This document shows, piece after piece, positions 1-11,499 of a stretch of DNA of 64,000 nucleotides. Source of the DNA: Blastocladiella emersonii ATCC 22665 (lineage: Eukaryota > Fungi > Blastocladiomycota); assembly GCA_025594325.1 (NCBI GenBank), contig JANHCV010000001.1, positions 310,001-374,000 on the forward strand, given 5' to 3'. Below the pieces are notes generated by a model. That model made no database searches. It saw only the letters and a program-made list of their open reading frames with translations, and had not been told where the DNA came from. The number at the start of each line of letters is the position of its first letter. Positions within the stretch are counted from its first letter, which is position 1. The position numbers were made by a program, and so were the translations under genes.

Positions 1-1522
1 ACGGTTGCCGCCCTCAACTACCAGCTCGCGCGCGTCCGCGAGGATGCGGCTGACCGTGGGATCGGGATGGTCGCGGGGAGCGAGGTGCCGCGCGTCTGGG
101 CGCAGTGGATGTACGGTCAACGGACGCGTCGTTGAGGCGCAGCTGACGCTTCCCACCGCACCGCAACGTAGCGTCGGCAAGTGGGGCGTCATGGTGACGT
201 CGCCCGAGGACATCAAGCTGGTCTTCGACAAGAACGAGGTGTTCGAGAAGGGCAAGACGGGCATCGCCGTCGAGTTCCTGGGCCGCGAGAACGTGGTCAA
301 CAGCCAGACCCCCGAGTGGGCCCACCAGCGGCGCATCGTCAACCCGGCCTTCCACCGCGGCTGGCCCACCGAGCTGTTCGGCGCGCCGACGCGCGACACG
401 ATCGCCGCGTGGGACGCGCACGCGCGCAAGGGCGAGCCCATCGAGGTCACGGGCTGGATGGAGCGCGTTGCCCTCGACGCCCTGTCGGCGGCCGCCTTCG
501 GCAGCAGCTTCGCGTCGGTCCGCGACCCGCGGTCGAAACCCGTCGTCCTGTACAAGCAGATCCTCAAGGGCCTCTTCGACCCCGTCCGCGCCACCTTCCC
601 GCGCCTCGCCTGGCTCGTCCCGTCGACCTGGGTCTACCACTGGCGCATGCGCAAGTTCAACCGGTTCCTCCTGGGGATGGTCGACGGACGTATCGCCGAG
701 CGCAAGATGGTCGCGCGCGCGGCAGCAGCGCACGGCGGCGAGGACGCGTCGTCGGAAAAGGACACGCGCCCGCTGCTCGACCTGATGATCGACGCGTGGC
801 TGCGGTCCGACTCGTCCTTCTCGCGCGAGGACCTGCGCGCGAACCTGGCCGTCTTCTTCCTCGCGGGCCACGACACGACCGCGCACGCGCTCGCCCACGC
901 GCTCTACCTGCTCGGCATGCACCCGGCGGTCCAGGACCGAGCGTTCCGCGAGGTCGCCGACGTGTGCGGCGCGCTCGACCGCAACACCCCCGCGGCCGAC
1001 GTCACCATCCCGACGCAGTGGGACCACGCCCAGCTGCCGCTCGTCGACCGTATCATCATGGAGACGCTCCGCCTGTTCCCGAGCGTCGCCGTCCTCCCCA
1101 CGCGCGTCGTCAACGCGCCCGTCGCGTACCTCGCCGACGGCACCCCGCTGCCCCGCGGTATCCGCGTCAGTGTCCCGCTGTACCACGTGCACCGCAGCAC
1201 CGAGCTGTGGGGCGACGACGCGGCCGAGTTCAACCCGGACCGGTTCCTGCGCAAGGACCAGGCGGGCGCGCCGGGGCAGCCCGGGATGCGCGCCAGCGAG
1301 CACGCGTTCGCGTGGGCGCCGTTCGCCAGCGGGAAACGCGTGTGCCTCGGGCAGACGTTTGCGACCATCGAGATGCGCGTCGTCCTCGCCATGCTCCTCC
1401 TGCGGTACCGCTGGACGACCGTCGGCGACGAGCACGCGCTCAAGGGCACGCCGCAGTACCTCGCGGGGATCCTGCTCCAGCCTAAGGAGATCTATATCAA
1501 GGCTGAGCGGCGCGACGTGTGA
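1..1522 (+). CDS. Cytochrome P450 (5'-truncated by window; intron 111-171)
   Basis: I-helix LAGHDTT, ExxR (METLRLFP), PERF-like FNPDRF and heme motif FASGKRVCLG. Removing GTACGG...GCTGAC...TAG (111-171) joins an open upstream frame (...RVWAQWI/VGKWGVMVT). Confidence 0.92.
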   Translation, partial: RLPPSTTSSRASARMRLTVGSGWSRGARCRASGRSGCTVNGRVVEAQLTLPTAPQRSVGKWGVMVTSPEDIKLVFDKNEVFEKGKTGIAVEFLGRENVVNSQTPEWAHQRRIVNPAFHRGWPTELFGAPTRDTIAAWDAHARKGEPIEVTGWMERVALDALSAAAFGSSFASVRDPRSKPVVLYKQILKGLFDPVRATFPRLAWLVPSTWVYHWRMRKFNRFLLGMVDGRIAERKMVARAAAAHGGEDASSEKDTRPLLDLMIDAWLRSDSSFSREDLRANLAVFFLAGHDTTAHALAHALYLLGMHPAVQDRAFREVADVCGALDRNTPAADVTIPTQWDHAQLPLVDRIIMETLRLFPSVAVLPTRVVNAPVAYLADGTPLPRGIRVSVPLYHVHRSTELWGDDAAEFNPDRFLRKDQAGAPGQPGMRASEHAFAWAPFASGKRVCLGQTFATIEMRVVLAMLLLRYRWTTVGDEHALKGTPQYLAGILLQPKEIYIKAERRDV

Positions 1523-3353
1523 TGTGGGTGGGCCGCAGTGTAAAAGTATCGTTTTTTCCTCGACGTGGTGGCTATCCGCACGTGGGCGGGCCTTCCATAC
1601 ACTTCGGCCATCTTGAGCGAGATCCTCGCGACCTCGGTCGACTCTCTACCATGAAACTAGAATGGATTCACTCGTCGCAACGGCCAGCAGCGTGCTAGCC
1701 CGCCTCGCCGCGCTCACGCGAACCGCGTCGCCGTGGCGGCTCACGACCGCCCTCGGCGCCGTGTACCTCCTCTCGCATCTCGCCCGCACCCTTCGCTCCG
1801 TCCTCGCACACCACCGCGCCCTCGCTCGCCTGACCCTCGCCGGCCGCCCTCTCCCCTCGCCGCCCTCCTCGTGGCCGCAGCGGTGGCTGTGGGGCGACGT
1901 GTCCGACTACGCGACGCACGGCTCGATCGTGGCGTGGTTCACGCACCTCGCGCGCACGCTCGGCCCCGCCGTCCAGACGTGGGGGTTCGTGCACCAGCCG
2001 ACGGTCGTCCTCGCCGACCCGCGCGCGGTGCACGGCGTGTTTGTCACGAACGCGCGGTCGGTGTGCAAGCCGCTGATCTCGGTCAAGTATCTGAGAAGCG
2101 TTGCCGGGGATCGCGGGCTGTTCCTCACCGAGGGGGACGTGCATCGGCGGAGTAGACGACTCGTCGGGCCCGCGTTCGGCGCGGCGCAGGTCAAGTCGCT
2201 CGTCCCCGCGATCGCGCGGACGGCGGCGGAGCTCGTGGGCCGCGTCGAGAAGGAGGCGGTGGACGAGGGCGGTGGGGTCATCGAGTACGCGGCGCTCGCG
2301 GCGGCGTATGCGCTCGACGTGACTGGTCGTACGGGTACGGAACACGTCGCGCGCTGCTGAGCGCCCGACTGAATCGCCCTATCGTGTAGCTCTCGCGACT
2401 GAGTTCGGCGCCCTCAGCGGCCGCCAGTCCCCACTGGCCGACGCGTATGCGGTACTCCTCGCGTCGCCCGCCGACAGCGCGTTCGCCGCGCTCGCCATGC
2501 TCGCGCCCGCGGTCCGCTGGCTCCCGCTGCCCGTCAACTGGCGGTTCTGGCGCGCGCAGAAGCAAGTGTTTGATGCGGCCGAGCGCATCACCGCGGACGT
2601 CAAGCAGGGTCGCGCCGCGACCGAGTCGCCGTCGCTCGTCCACCACCTCGTCGCCCCGCCGCCTGAGGTGATGGAGCCCATGGACGACGAGCATTTGCGT
2701 GATGAGGTTTTGACGTTTATGGTCGCCGGTACGTCGCTCTAACGAGGCGAGAAAAGGCCGCGCGAACTGACTCCGCTCGCCAGGCTACGACACGTCCATG
2801 GTCGCGCACGCCATGACCCTGTACTTCCTCGCTCGCCACCCGCGCGTGCAGGCAGACCTCGCCGCGTCGCTCACCGCCGCCCTCGGCTCGCTTTCCCCAG
2901 ACTCCGCCGCGTGGGCCGACGCCGTCCTCGCGCACAAGCCCCTCGCGTACGCGGTTCAGGAAGCGCTCCGCCTCCACCCGCCCGTCTACGCGTCCGCGCG
3001 GCACACGACGCGCGATTTGTGCGTCCCGATGAACGACGGGCGCGAGCTGGAGATCCCGGCGGGGACGACGGTGCTGGCGACGATGGTACGCGTCTCTCGA
3101 CTCAGTTCTGCGCCCCATGCGAGACCCACACGACCCGCAACTAAGGGTCCGTTTGGTTCAGATCAGGTGGATCAGCTGAAAAAGTTGCCACGTTTCACCT
3201 CACCCCCGTTCATCTCAGCGGCCGTGCGAACCAAACGCCCCGCTGGATGAACGCCCCCCCGCAATAAAATCTTTCCCACCTCTTTGCAGCCGCACTTATT
3301 GCAACGAATCAACACCTAACCTCACGCATCGTGTTCTCGAGCCCTCAAACAAC

Positions 3354-4671
3354 ATGGGCAAGGGATACAACCGCAAGCTGCGCGGCCTAATGCTCACAGC
3401 CGCCCTCGCTCTCCTGCGACGTCTCGCTGCTCGCAACGAGCGCCGCTCGTGGGAGCCTATCCGCACGTCCACGCTTTCCGGCGAGTCGTGGGTTTAAGAG
3501 CTGCTGACGTGCAACAGCGAAACGCGTTTTTCGGAAATCGCCCGTATGCCCCGCGAGACCTTCAAGGCCATCTGCCGCCTGTTCCGCGACCGTGGCCTTC
3601 TCGCCGACGGCCGCGAGCTGTCCGTCGAGGCGCGCTTCATGGTTTTTCTTGTCATGGCCGGCGAGGGCAGCACCAACCGCAACCTCAGGGAGCGGTTCCA
3701 AATCTCTGGCGAGACCGCGTCCAGGGTTCTGAAGCAAGTGCTCGACGCTCTGTACCGCCTGATGCCCGAGTTCATTGTCCAGCCGTCCGATTCTACGCCC
3801 GTGCATGAGCGCATCGCCCACGACCCGAAATACGCTCCGTTCCAGAACGCGGTCGGCGCGCTTGACGGAACGCACATCCCGTTTGTTGTGCCCACTAAGC
3901 TTCACGACTCGTTCCGAAACCGCAAGGGGACCATATACTCAAATGTCCTCGCTGCCTGCGACTTTGACTTGAACTTCACCTACGTTCTCGCAGGGTGGGA
4001 GGGCAAGGCGCATGACTCGCGCGTGCTCTCGGACGCCTTCGCCCGTGGGTTCAAGATCCCCGCCGGCCGCTTCTACCTCGCCGACGGCGGCTACGCAAAC
4101 CGCACGTCCATCATCGTGCCCTTCAGCGGTACCCGCTATCATCTTCGCGAGTTTGCCCGCGGCAAGGATGGGTACGTTCTCACTGCCATGACCATCACGT
4201 TGGCGCCATCTCATCTGCTTCACCAACGTACGTAGAGTTAAGAACCGCGAAGAGCTTTTCAATCTGCGTCACGCGTCGCTCCGCAACTCCATTGAGCATA
4301 TCTTTGGCGTGCTCAAGAAGCGGTTCCGCGTCCTCTCGATTGGCGCGGCCTACCCAATCAAGACTCAAGTCAAGCTTGTGTACGCGCTCTGCACGCTGCA
4401 CAACATGATCAACAAGTGGAACCAAGGCGGCGACGCCTTCTTTCGCGACGCCGAGACGGAGCTCCGGCGCGCGCGGGACGCGGCGCGTGAGGCGCCAGTG
4501 CGTGGGCGCGAGCCCCTGGACGACGAGAACGAGGAGGACGACGAGGCCGCTGTCCTCGAGGCCTCGCTGGACGGAGCTCGTCAGCGCGGTATCTCGCTTC
4601 GGAACCGCGTCGCAAATGTTCTTTGGACCGAGTACAGGCGCGTCATGGCCGCTCGTGGGACCCGTCTTTGA
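3354..4671 (+). pseudogene. Harbinger/PIF DDE transposase (HARBI1-like) with one premature stop; intron 4172-4235
   Basis: Motifs GALDGTHI, FTYVLAGWEGKAHDSRV, YLADGGY and ELFNLRHASLRNSIEHIFGVLKKRF. In-frame TAA at 3495-3497 within SGESWV*ELL. Confidence 0.9.
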
Positions 4672-4984
4672 AGGCGCGAAATAATTGTTGTACCCGCATG
4701 CATGCTGTAATATACTGATTTGTCAAGTACTATAACGTTAGATAAGCGATTCCAGATGATTTGACGCGTCGCTGAGGTCAGAACGCATCGGTGGAGACGC
4801 GTCGATCAATCACGTGACGTGTGAGACACTTTGAGAACCACGCGTTTCTCAACGAGTCGCGTCATTTTCGAGCCAAGGGTAACGATTGAAGATACGATGG
4901 ACACAAAGCCAGATGTATTGGACACAAATGGGCGAGAACAAGGCCAGGAAGCAACGCGAGGGGAGGGGGACATGTGCGAGTGAG

Positions 4985-6114
4985 CTACTGAATGAAAATC
5001 TCGAGGATGCGCTTGCGCTTCGATTCGGACACGGCCATGACGCGAAGCGCTTGATCCTCGGTCAGGCGGGTGGCGACGTCGATCTGGTACTCTTCATTGT
5101 CATTGTACGCGTCCTGGACCCATTCAAGTGCGGCGGTCAGAACGGGCTTGGAGTTGGCGGTTGAGACGCTCTGGAACACCTCCTTGATGCCCATGAGGAA
5201 TTCCGAGTCCGAGAGGCGACGCGAGCTGCTGTCCGAAGTGCGGCTGCGCTTGCTGGCGGGGGCCGCGTCGTCTTGACCATCAACACCTTCCACGTCACCA
5301 GACTCCTTGCCGTCCTGCTCGAGGTGCGAGTACTTGCCGGTGGCGGTCGAGCTGCCCCACAGCATGTTGGCCTTCTTGTAGTACGGGAAGGGCTTGCAGC
5401 CCGCAGTCAGCTCCTCCTTGAGCTCTGCCTACAATTGAAGCAGGCCAGGCGCTGTTAGCTCGCCGCGAGTTGACGCGTAACGATATTGAACAAACGTACC
5501 GAGAGATCGTTCCAGAACTCCTCTGGCACGTCGACCGTGCACTCACCCTCATTCCAGGTGCAGCCGTTGCCCGAGTACGACAGAAGCCGTTTTACGGCGC
5601 GAAAACAAGTGCGAAGCTGGAGCCGAACGCTGACGTTGTTAGCGCTACGGTTGACGCGTGTCCGCAAGACAAAGCGTACGTATGTCACGCGGTTCTTGAC
5701 CTGCTCCGCCGTAAACTGCATGTTGAACTCGTCCGACAGGGCCTGGGCAATCGACACACGGTGCTGGGCCTTGAGCGTGTTGCTGTCGCCGAGCACGCCG
5801 TCGTCAGCGAGGTTGCAGAAGTGGTCGAGGAGGAAGTTGGTCGACGCGGAGCAGAAGGTGGCCTTGCCGCCGCTGGCCTTGCCGCTGCTGGCCTTGCTGC
5901 CACTGGCCTTGCGCTTGCTTGGCTTGGCGATGGTCACGGGCGGCAGCGGGTTGGTCGGCGTGACAGCAGCGTTGCCGTCGCTCCCAGCAGCGTCGTCATC
6001 TGCATCCTCGTCGCTATCGGCGGGCGGCGGCGGGATTTCGGGCACGTTCTTGACGATCTCCTCGATGGACATGGCCGTACGGCCAGCGCGCTTTTTGCTT
6101 GACGGGGGAGCCAT
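4985..6114 (-). CDS. Myb/SANT-like DNA-binding partner protein of the PIF element (introns 5617-5679 and 5429-5499)
   Basis: Second ORF inside the TIRs: QFTAEQVKNRVTY...LLSYSGNGCTWNE...VDVPEEFW...KPFPYYKKANMLWG, typical of the Myb/SANT ORF of PIF elements. Both introns have GTACG donor, GCTAAC branch and YAG acceptor, and keep the frame. Confidence 0.78.
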
Positions 6115-6977
6115 TCTTTTCGGCTTTGAGGGAGGACGGGGGAGAGAGAGCGAGTTACTTTGGAGGAAAACGGCGTTTATATAGGCCGGGGAGCACAGCC
6201 TGAAGGTTTCGGGGGCGAGCAGACGGGCGATTCAGCGACGAGGGTTCCATTCAGCTCACCCGGGGGTTGAACCAAACGCCGCGATGAACACGACGGGGTG
6301 AAAATGCCACGTTTCAGCTGGGTGAACACCGGACCGTGTAAAATCGATTGATCCACCTGATTCACCCCGGAACCAAACGGGCCCTAAACCGCGCTCCACA
6401 CCGACCCCGCGGCGTGGGGCCCTGACGCGGCCGAGTTCCGCCCCTCGCGGTGGGAGTCGCTCACGTTCGCCACGCCCACAACGACCGCGGACCCTGCGAC
6501 GGCCACGGTCCTGCACCCAGCGCAGTACATGCCGTTCGGGTACGGCCCGCGCGCGTGCATCGGCCGCCAGCTCGCTACCATGCAGGTCCAGATCGCGCTC
6601 GCCGCCGTCCTCACGCGGTTTCGCGTCACGCTGCCCAAGGAAACGGCCGCCGAGGGCGGGCTCGAGTTCACGTACGGAGCGACGGCGCGGCCGGTCGCGG
6701 TGCCGCTCGTGTTCACGCCACGGCGGGGCGAGGTTGAGGAGAGTGAGGAATAGACGATCCCGTGGCGGCCGCCGTTCGTCTGAACAGGGGTGGTATGAGC
6801 GAGCCTTTGTTGACCGCTTGATCCTCGTCGACCACGGCAGGCACGGGATGAGAGAGGAGAGGGAGTAAAAAGCGGTGCGCCGAGCGGTGAGCCGTCACGG
6901 TGAGCAGCTGGGCTGCGGGCAAACTGGTCCCGCTCCTTCGCGGCTGGCCAACCCCGCTTACTCCCATCTCAAACACC

Positions 6978-9336
6978 ATGGAAGCTAATGCAACAGACTC
7001 GGAGAAGCTATTATGGAAGCCGTGGGACGGCTTGCTCTCATTCTTCCCGACCGGGCACGACGGCGTCGACTACGACCCGGACTACTGGACGGACCACTCT
7101 GAGTCGAGCGCCGTTGAAACCGACTGCGACGATTCGTTGGACGACTCTTCTTCGCGCTCTTGTTCGGATCAGGACGAAGAGTCCGGTTCGCAGCCGGACT
7201 CGGAGTCTGAAAGCGAGGCCAGCGACGACAGCTCGGCAAGCAATAGTGACGGCGACGCCGATTACATTGACGTCGATGCCGACCAGGCCGACGACGACGA
7301 CGACGACGAAATCAGCGCGGACATTGTTCTTGGCGGCAGTGCTGTTGCAACCGGCAGTACCGGCACCGTTGAAACCGCGCAAGCAAGCTTTCATGGCGAC
7401 GCTGTCGCTGATTCGGCCCGCCCGTTTGCACCCGAATCGATCTCCCCTGGCGACGGCGCGGCCGTGGCCGCCAAATCGCTGGAGGAAACTTCCGATGCTG
7501 CCGAGTCCTGCGAACTGCCACGCCAGCTCGATTCCGATTACCTCCTCAACAAAAGCTTAAGGGCGTACGAGGGCGGACTGCCAGATGCGCTTCGGATTAG
7601 GGTCTGGAAATTTGAGGACTCTCTCGACCAGACCTGCGAATGTAATGACACTCAATTGTGGGCCTCGCGTCACATCCAGCTGCTCGGTATAAACGGTGTC
7701 CGAGCAGATGTCAAGGTTGTCCTCCACGACAAAGTTTATCAACTCCACAGTTTTGTCCTTGCCCAGCTTCCCTACTTTGAAGCGTTGCTTGATGACGTGT
7801 GGCACACGCCGCCGTCAACTAATGGCGCTCAGCGCGTGCTACATCTTGCCTTCACGCCGCCCAACGCCGCCGGGTGCGAGTCCGCAGTCAAATGTGCCCG
7901 TTACTCGTGGGAGACGGTCCTAGTTGTTCTGTACGGCGGCTGTATCTCGGCCATCTCAGACCGAATTCTTCGCCGCGGTTTACTGGACACGGTTGAGACT
8001 GCAATTCATTTCGGTACGCGAAGGGTCCATGATCACGCTTCGATTGTCCAGACTGACCCATGTGCGCGTGTTTTTGGGATGTTCGAATAGGTGCCTACGA
8101 TCTTGAGGAAGCATGCTACAACTTTTATGCCTGCATCCTTGCGGATTGTACAGCGCGGACCGAGCCTCCCCACGAATTCCATGCCGAGTTCTTCGCCGAG
8201 GTCATGATTTATTGCTTCCGTAACCGACATCTCTCTACGGTCACGGAGCTCATGCTCTCGACGTCCATCGCTCACTTTCAGTTCCTTGGCCCGCACCCGC
8301 TAACGCTCGCCGTGCTGGACCACTGTCCAAGTGAATTGGTGTACGAGGTTGTTCTGGCGCCCGCGTTTCACTCGCGGTCAGAGATGGAGCTTTTCAATTT
8401 TTTTGTCGAGCTGGAAATGCCGCCCAGCAAGCTCCTCCTGGCCGTTCGCTTCCATTTGCACTGCGACGAGGCGCTTGCTTCGCCGTTTGTGGCGAACTCG
8501 AACGATCACTTGTTTCTCAACACCATACGCTCGGCGAACTATGACAGGCTTAGCGCGTGGTTGAAGGGCCGCGCCGCCGCGCTAGGCACGGATACGGGTC
8601 CGTTGAGCCTGCAAGGCGGCTTGGCCGTTGTCGACTTTGACGATCCTGCACGCCATTCGCTTCTCTTGGGCGAGGCTGACCAGGCCAATTTCAGCGAGTC
8701 TGTCCAGGAACTCATCTCTCGGTCGGATGGCGAGTGGACCGAGTGCATCATTGCCGCTTCTTGGTCGCCAAGTTCCGCCGGCCATTGGGTCAGCAAGCGT
8801 TGGAGCGTGGAGGGCGCCTCGGGCACTGTCTGGGACGTTGCCAATTGCAACATCAGAGGTAATGAACGTGCTCACTTGAAGGTCACCGTGTACGTCAGCT
8901 TTGACAAGGCGGATATCAATTGCTTCGCGATGATCAACTGACCACCACGCTGTGATCCATTAGGACCCGACGTAGTGACAGTCAATTCAGTGAAGGTTCC
9001 GCCAATCTCGTCCATCGTACACCTCCAACTGCACGCTTCCGGCTCACTACCTACGCCGACCACCGGGTTCGCCGGCGCCAATTCGATGCCGCTGAGCGAG
9101 AGTTCCGGACGCTCTGTGCTCCGCATCATGTCCCTGCGCAGGCGCGTGACGGTCCGATCCTCCCGAGCGTCATCATCACCGACGCCGAGACGGAGCCCTG
9201 GACGCCGCCGCGTGTGATTCACCGTGGCTGCGGCGTCAGCTTTGAGTCCACGCGCTGGCTGCCGCTGGTCCAGGTGAGCGGCCGTGTCGTGTTCCGGTTC
9301 AAGCTTGAAATCCAGCTTCTCGGCATGAAGGAGTAG
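6978..9336 (+). CDS. BTB/POZ-domain protein, long acidic N-terminus (paralog A1; introns 8014-8090, 8890-8963)
   Basis: ADVKVVLHDKVYQLHSFVLAQLPYFEALLDDVW is a BTB start. Splicing yields a continuous ORF colinear with the gene at 13063-15366. Confidence 0.78.
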
Positions 9337-9541
9337 TTCGAGCGGATCATCGTAATATACTGCAGGTTTCCGTGAGCACTTGTTCGCGCCTCTGATTTCA
9401 GGCCGGCTGAGACAGCGGCAGCGCGGGACAGGGGAAGAGGGTGGTCGCGTCCCGCCACGGCGAGATCAGCCACAGCTCGCCCGTCGCTGCTCCCTCGTCC
9501 GCTCTGGCACATGTATCTTTCGCCCAAGGACCTTTGACACC

Positions 9542-11318
9542 ATGGAACCTGATGCAACGCTACTACCCCCTTCGGCACCAACCGCGGGCTTAACGAGCGA
9601 TTCAGAGCCGCAAGTCGGCATCCACGAAGACTTTCGCGCCACGCTGGCCAATCCTTGCACCTGTCATCCAAGCCATCCACCGCTCATTCGCTACTCCTTG
9701 CGCGCTGGAGCAAGCAGCGTCCGCTCCGACGTGACCGTTGCGGTCCGCGGCCGCGCTTACTCGCTGCACACGTTCGCCCTGGCCCAGTGCCCGTTCTTTG
9801 ACACGCTTCTCGGCGACGCATGGTTTGAATCATCAGCGATGAACGGAGCTTCTCCGATCAAAGTCGAGCTTCCCACTGCTGAATGCTCGATCGTCGCGTG
9901 GGAGACGGCGCTTGTTGCGCTCTATGGCGTCTGCCCCAGTGTGCTTCTCCGGCGGCTCAACGTCCAGCTGTTCCTCGATACAGTGGAAGTTGCCGTTTAT
10001 TTTGGTACCATTTCTACCCCCACTCTGACACGTGCGAGTGGAGAATAGCTTCACTGATTTGCGTATCCCTGCGCACAATGTAGATTTACCGCTGCTTATC
10101 GACGCGTGCGTTCTCTACTATTCTCAGACCCTCTCCACTGGCGTTTACGGTGCCGCAATGCCCGCACAAGAGTTGGCACCGTTTGTCGCGAGCGTCATGA
10201 CGTTTTGCCATCAGCGGACCGTTCCCCAGAATGCAGCGAAGCTGCTCGATCGTTCCGTTGCTCTCCTGGAGTTTCTTGGCCCACACTCGTTCACGCGCAC
10301 GGTTCTCGGCCACTGCCCGCCAGACCTTGTCCTCGAGATTGCCATTTCGCCGCGTTTCTGGAGCACCAGCGAGATCGAGCGGTTCGAGTTCCTGTGCGAG
10401 CTCGAGCTCCCTCTCGGCTACATCTTCAGCGCTGTTCGACTTGGCGGAATGCCCGCTGCCGACCGTGGCCGCGCTCTCTTAGCAAGCTACCTCCGCTCCC
10501 AGCTTACGTACCGGTCGCTGCTTAAGGCTGCCTTCTACAGGGCCCAGATGTGGGAGATGGAGCTGACGGATCTTCCAAAGGAGGAGACTTTTTTGCCTGG
10601 CGACTGGTTCGCCCCAGCTTCAGCACCACCTCTCGTCGACCTCCTTGGCCCGCCCAGCTCACCAACTGCACTGCTCGCTGCTACCGCGGATGGGGCAATT
10701 GTTGAGCGGGCGCTGCAAATTGCCTCGCGCCCTGAAGTGCAGCTTGCGCTCACGGCCGACTACCACGGAATCGCCAAAATAACGGTCGCTGAAAAGACAA
10801 TCCTTTGGGCTGGAAGTCGGTGGACGGTGACATGGCGAAGCTATGGGGCTAATCGGAATTATACCGAGCTCGACATGTACGCTTTTTGTCAGAATTGGCG
10901 GTGACACACGAAACCGAACTCACTGATTGCGACTCGCACTTGTTTATTTAGCCAACGGGATGGCCAGCCACAGCCACAGGCAGACCCGCATATGGACTTT
11001 GACGAGCCCCGTCTGCAAGTTAGCGCACGGTGCCGCTTCGTGTGGTACACGACCACCACTGTGCCACGACCCGACCGCGTCTGTCCTGATCCGTCGGACG
11101 CCGTTCGCCATCCAAAGGACGCTGGTCTCATCCTCGTTGAACGGGCGCTAGAAACTCCGTGGATCAGCGCTGGTAGCGGCAAGTTTGAACCTGGCGTTCC
11201 GTGGAAAGTCCGCCCCGACCCCAAGGTCATCCCCGTTCCGCTGGCTAACGGCAAGCCGACGTTCCGGTTCATGGCCATCATCCAGCTTCTCGCGGGCCCA
11301 GCGACCAATGAAATCTGA
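9542..11318 (+). CDS. BTB/POZ-domain protein, short N-terminus (paralog B1; introns 10005-10083, 10877-10951)
   Basis: SDVTVAVRGRAYSLHTFALAQCPFFDTLLGDAW. Intron positions match the other three paralogs and the protein is colinear with 15618-17378. Confidence 0.78.
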
Positions 11319-11499
11319 TGACAAGATTCATATAAACGCCTTTACAAATGATCTCTCTCATTCCAAGCAGTATGGAGGAGAGAAGCTGACTGGGGCAGCC
11401 ACTTGGGACGCGTTGCGCCACACCAAACGTCGCCGCCACATCGCTTTGTCATTCCCGGCACGCGTACATTTGGGTGCTGATAAACGTCGGCAGCAGCGG

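Larger units (their letters stand above)
3145..6384. mobile_element. PIF/Harbinger DNA transposon, full length (3240 bp)
   Basis: TIRs GGGTCCGTTTGGTTC (3145-3159) and GAACCAAACGGGCCC (6370-6384), 14/15 match. TAA TSD at 3142-3144 and 6385-6387. Contains convergent transposase and Myb/SANT-like genes. Confidence 0.95.
1662..6753 (+). pseudogene. Cytochrome P450 no. 2, interrupted by PIF/Harbinger at the end of intron 3 (exons about 1662-2334, 2390-2728, 2784-3085, 6388-6753)
   Basis: Hydrophobic N-terminal segment, then FMVAG/YDT across intron 2, QEALRLHPP, EFRPSRW and PFGYGPRACIG. The last exon (TALHTDPAAWGPDAAEF...) resumes immediately after the right TSD. The intron 3 acceptor reads AA, not AG. 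Confidence 0.85.

Noticed and set aside
14-1485. Long overlapping and antisense ORFs over the P450 (also over subtilisin, the orphan gene, gag and pol)
   Set aside because: Shadow frames caused by high GC3 codon bias; Arg/Ala/Pro-rich with no motifs.
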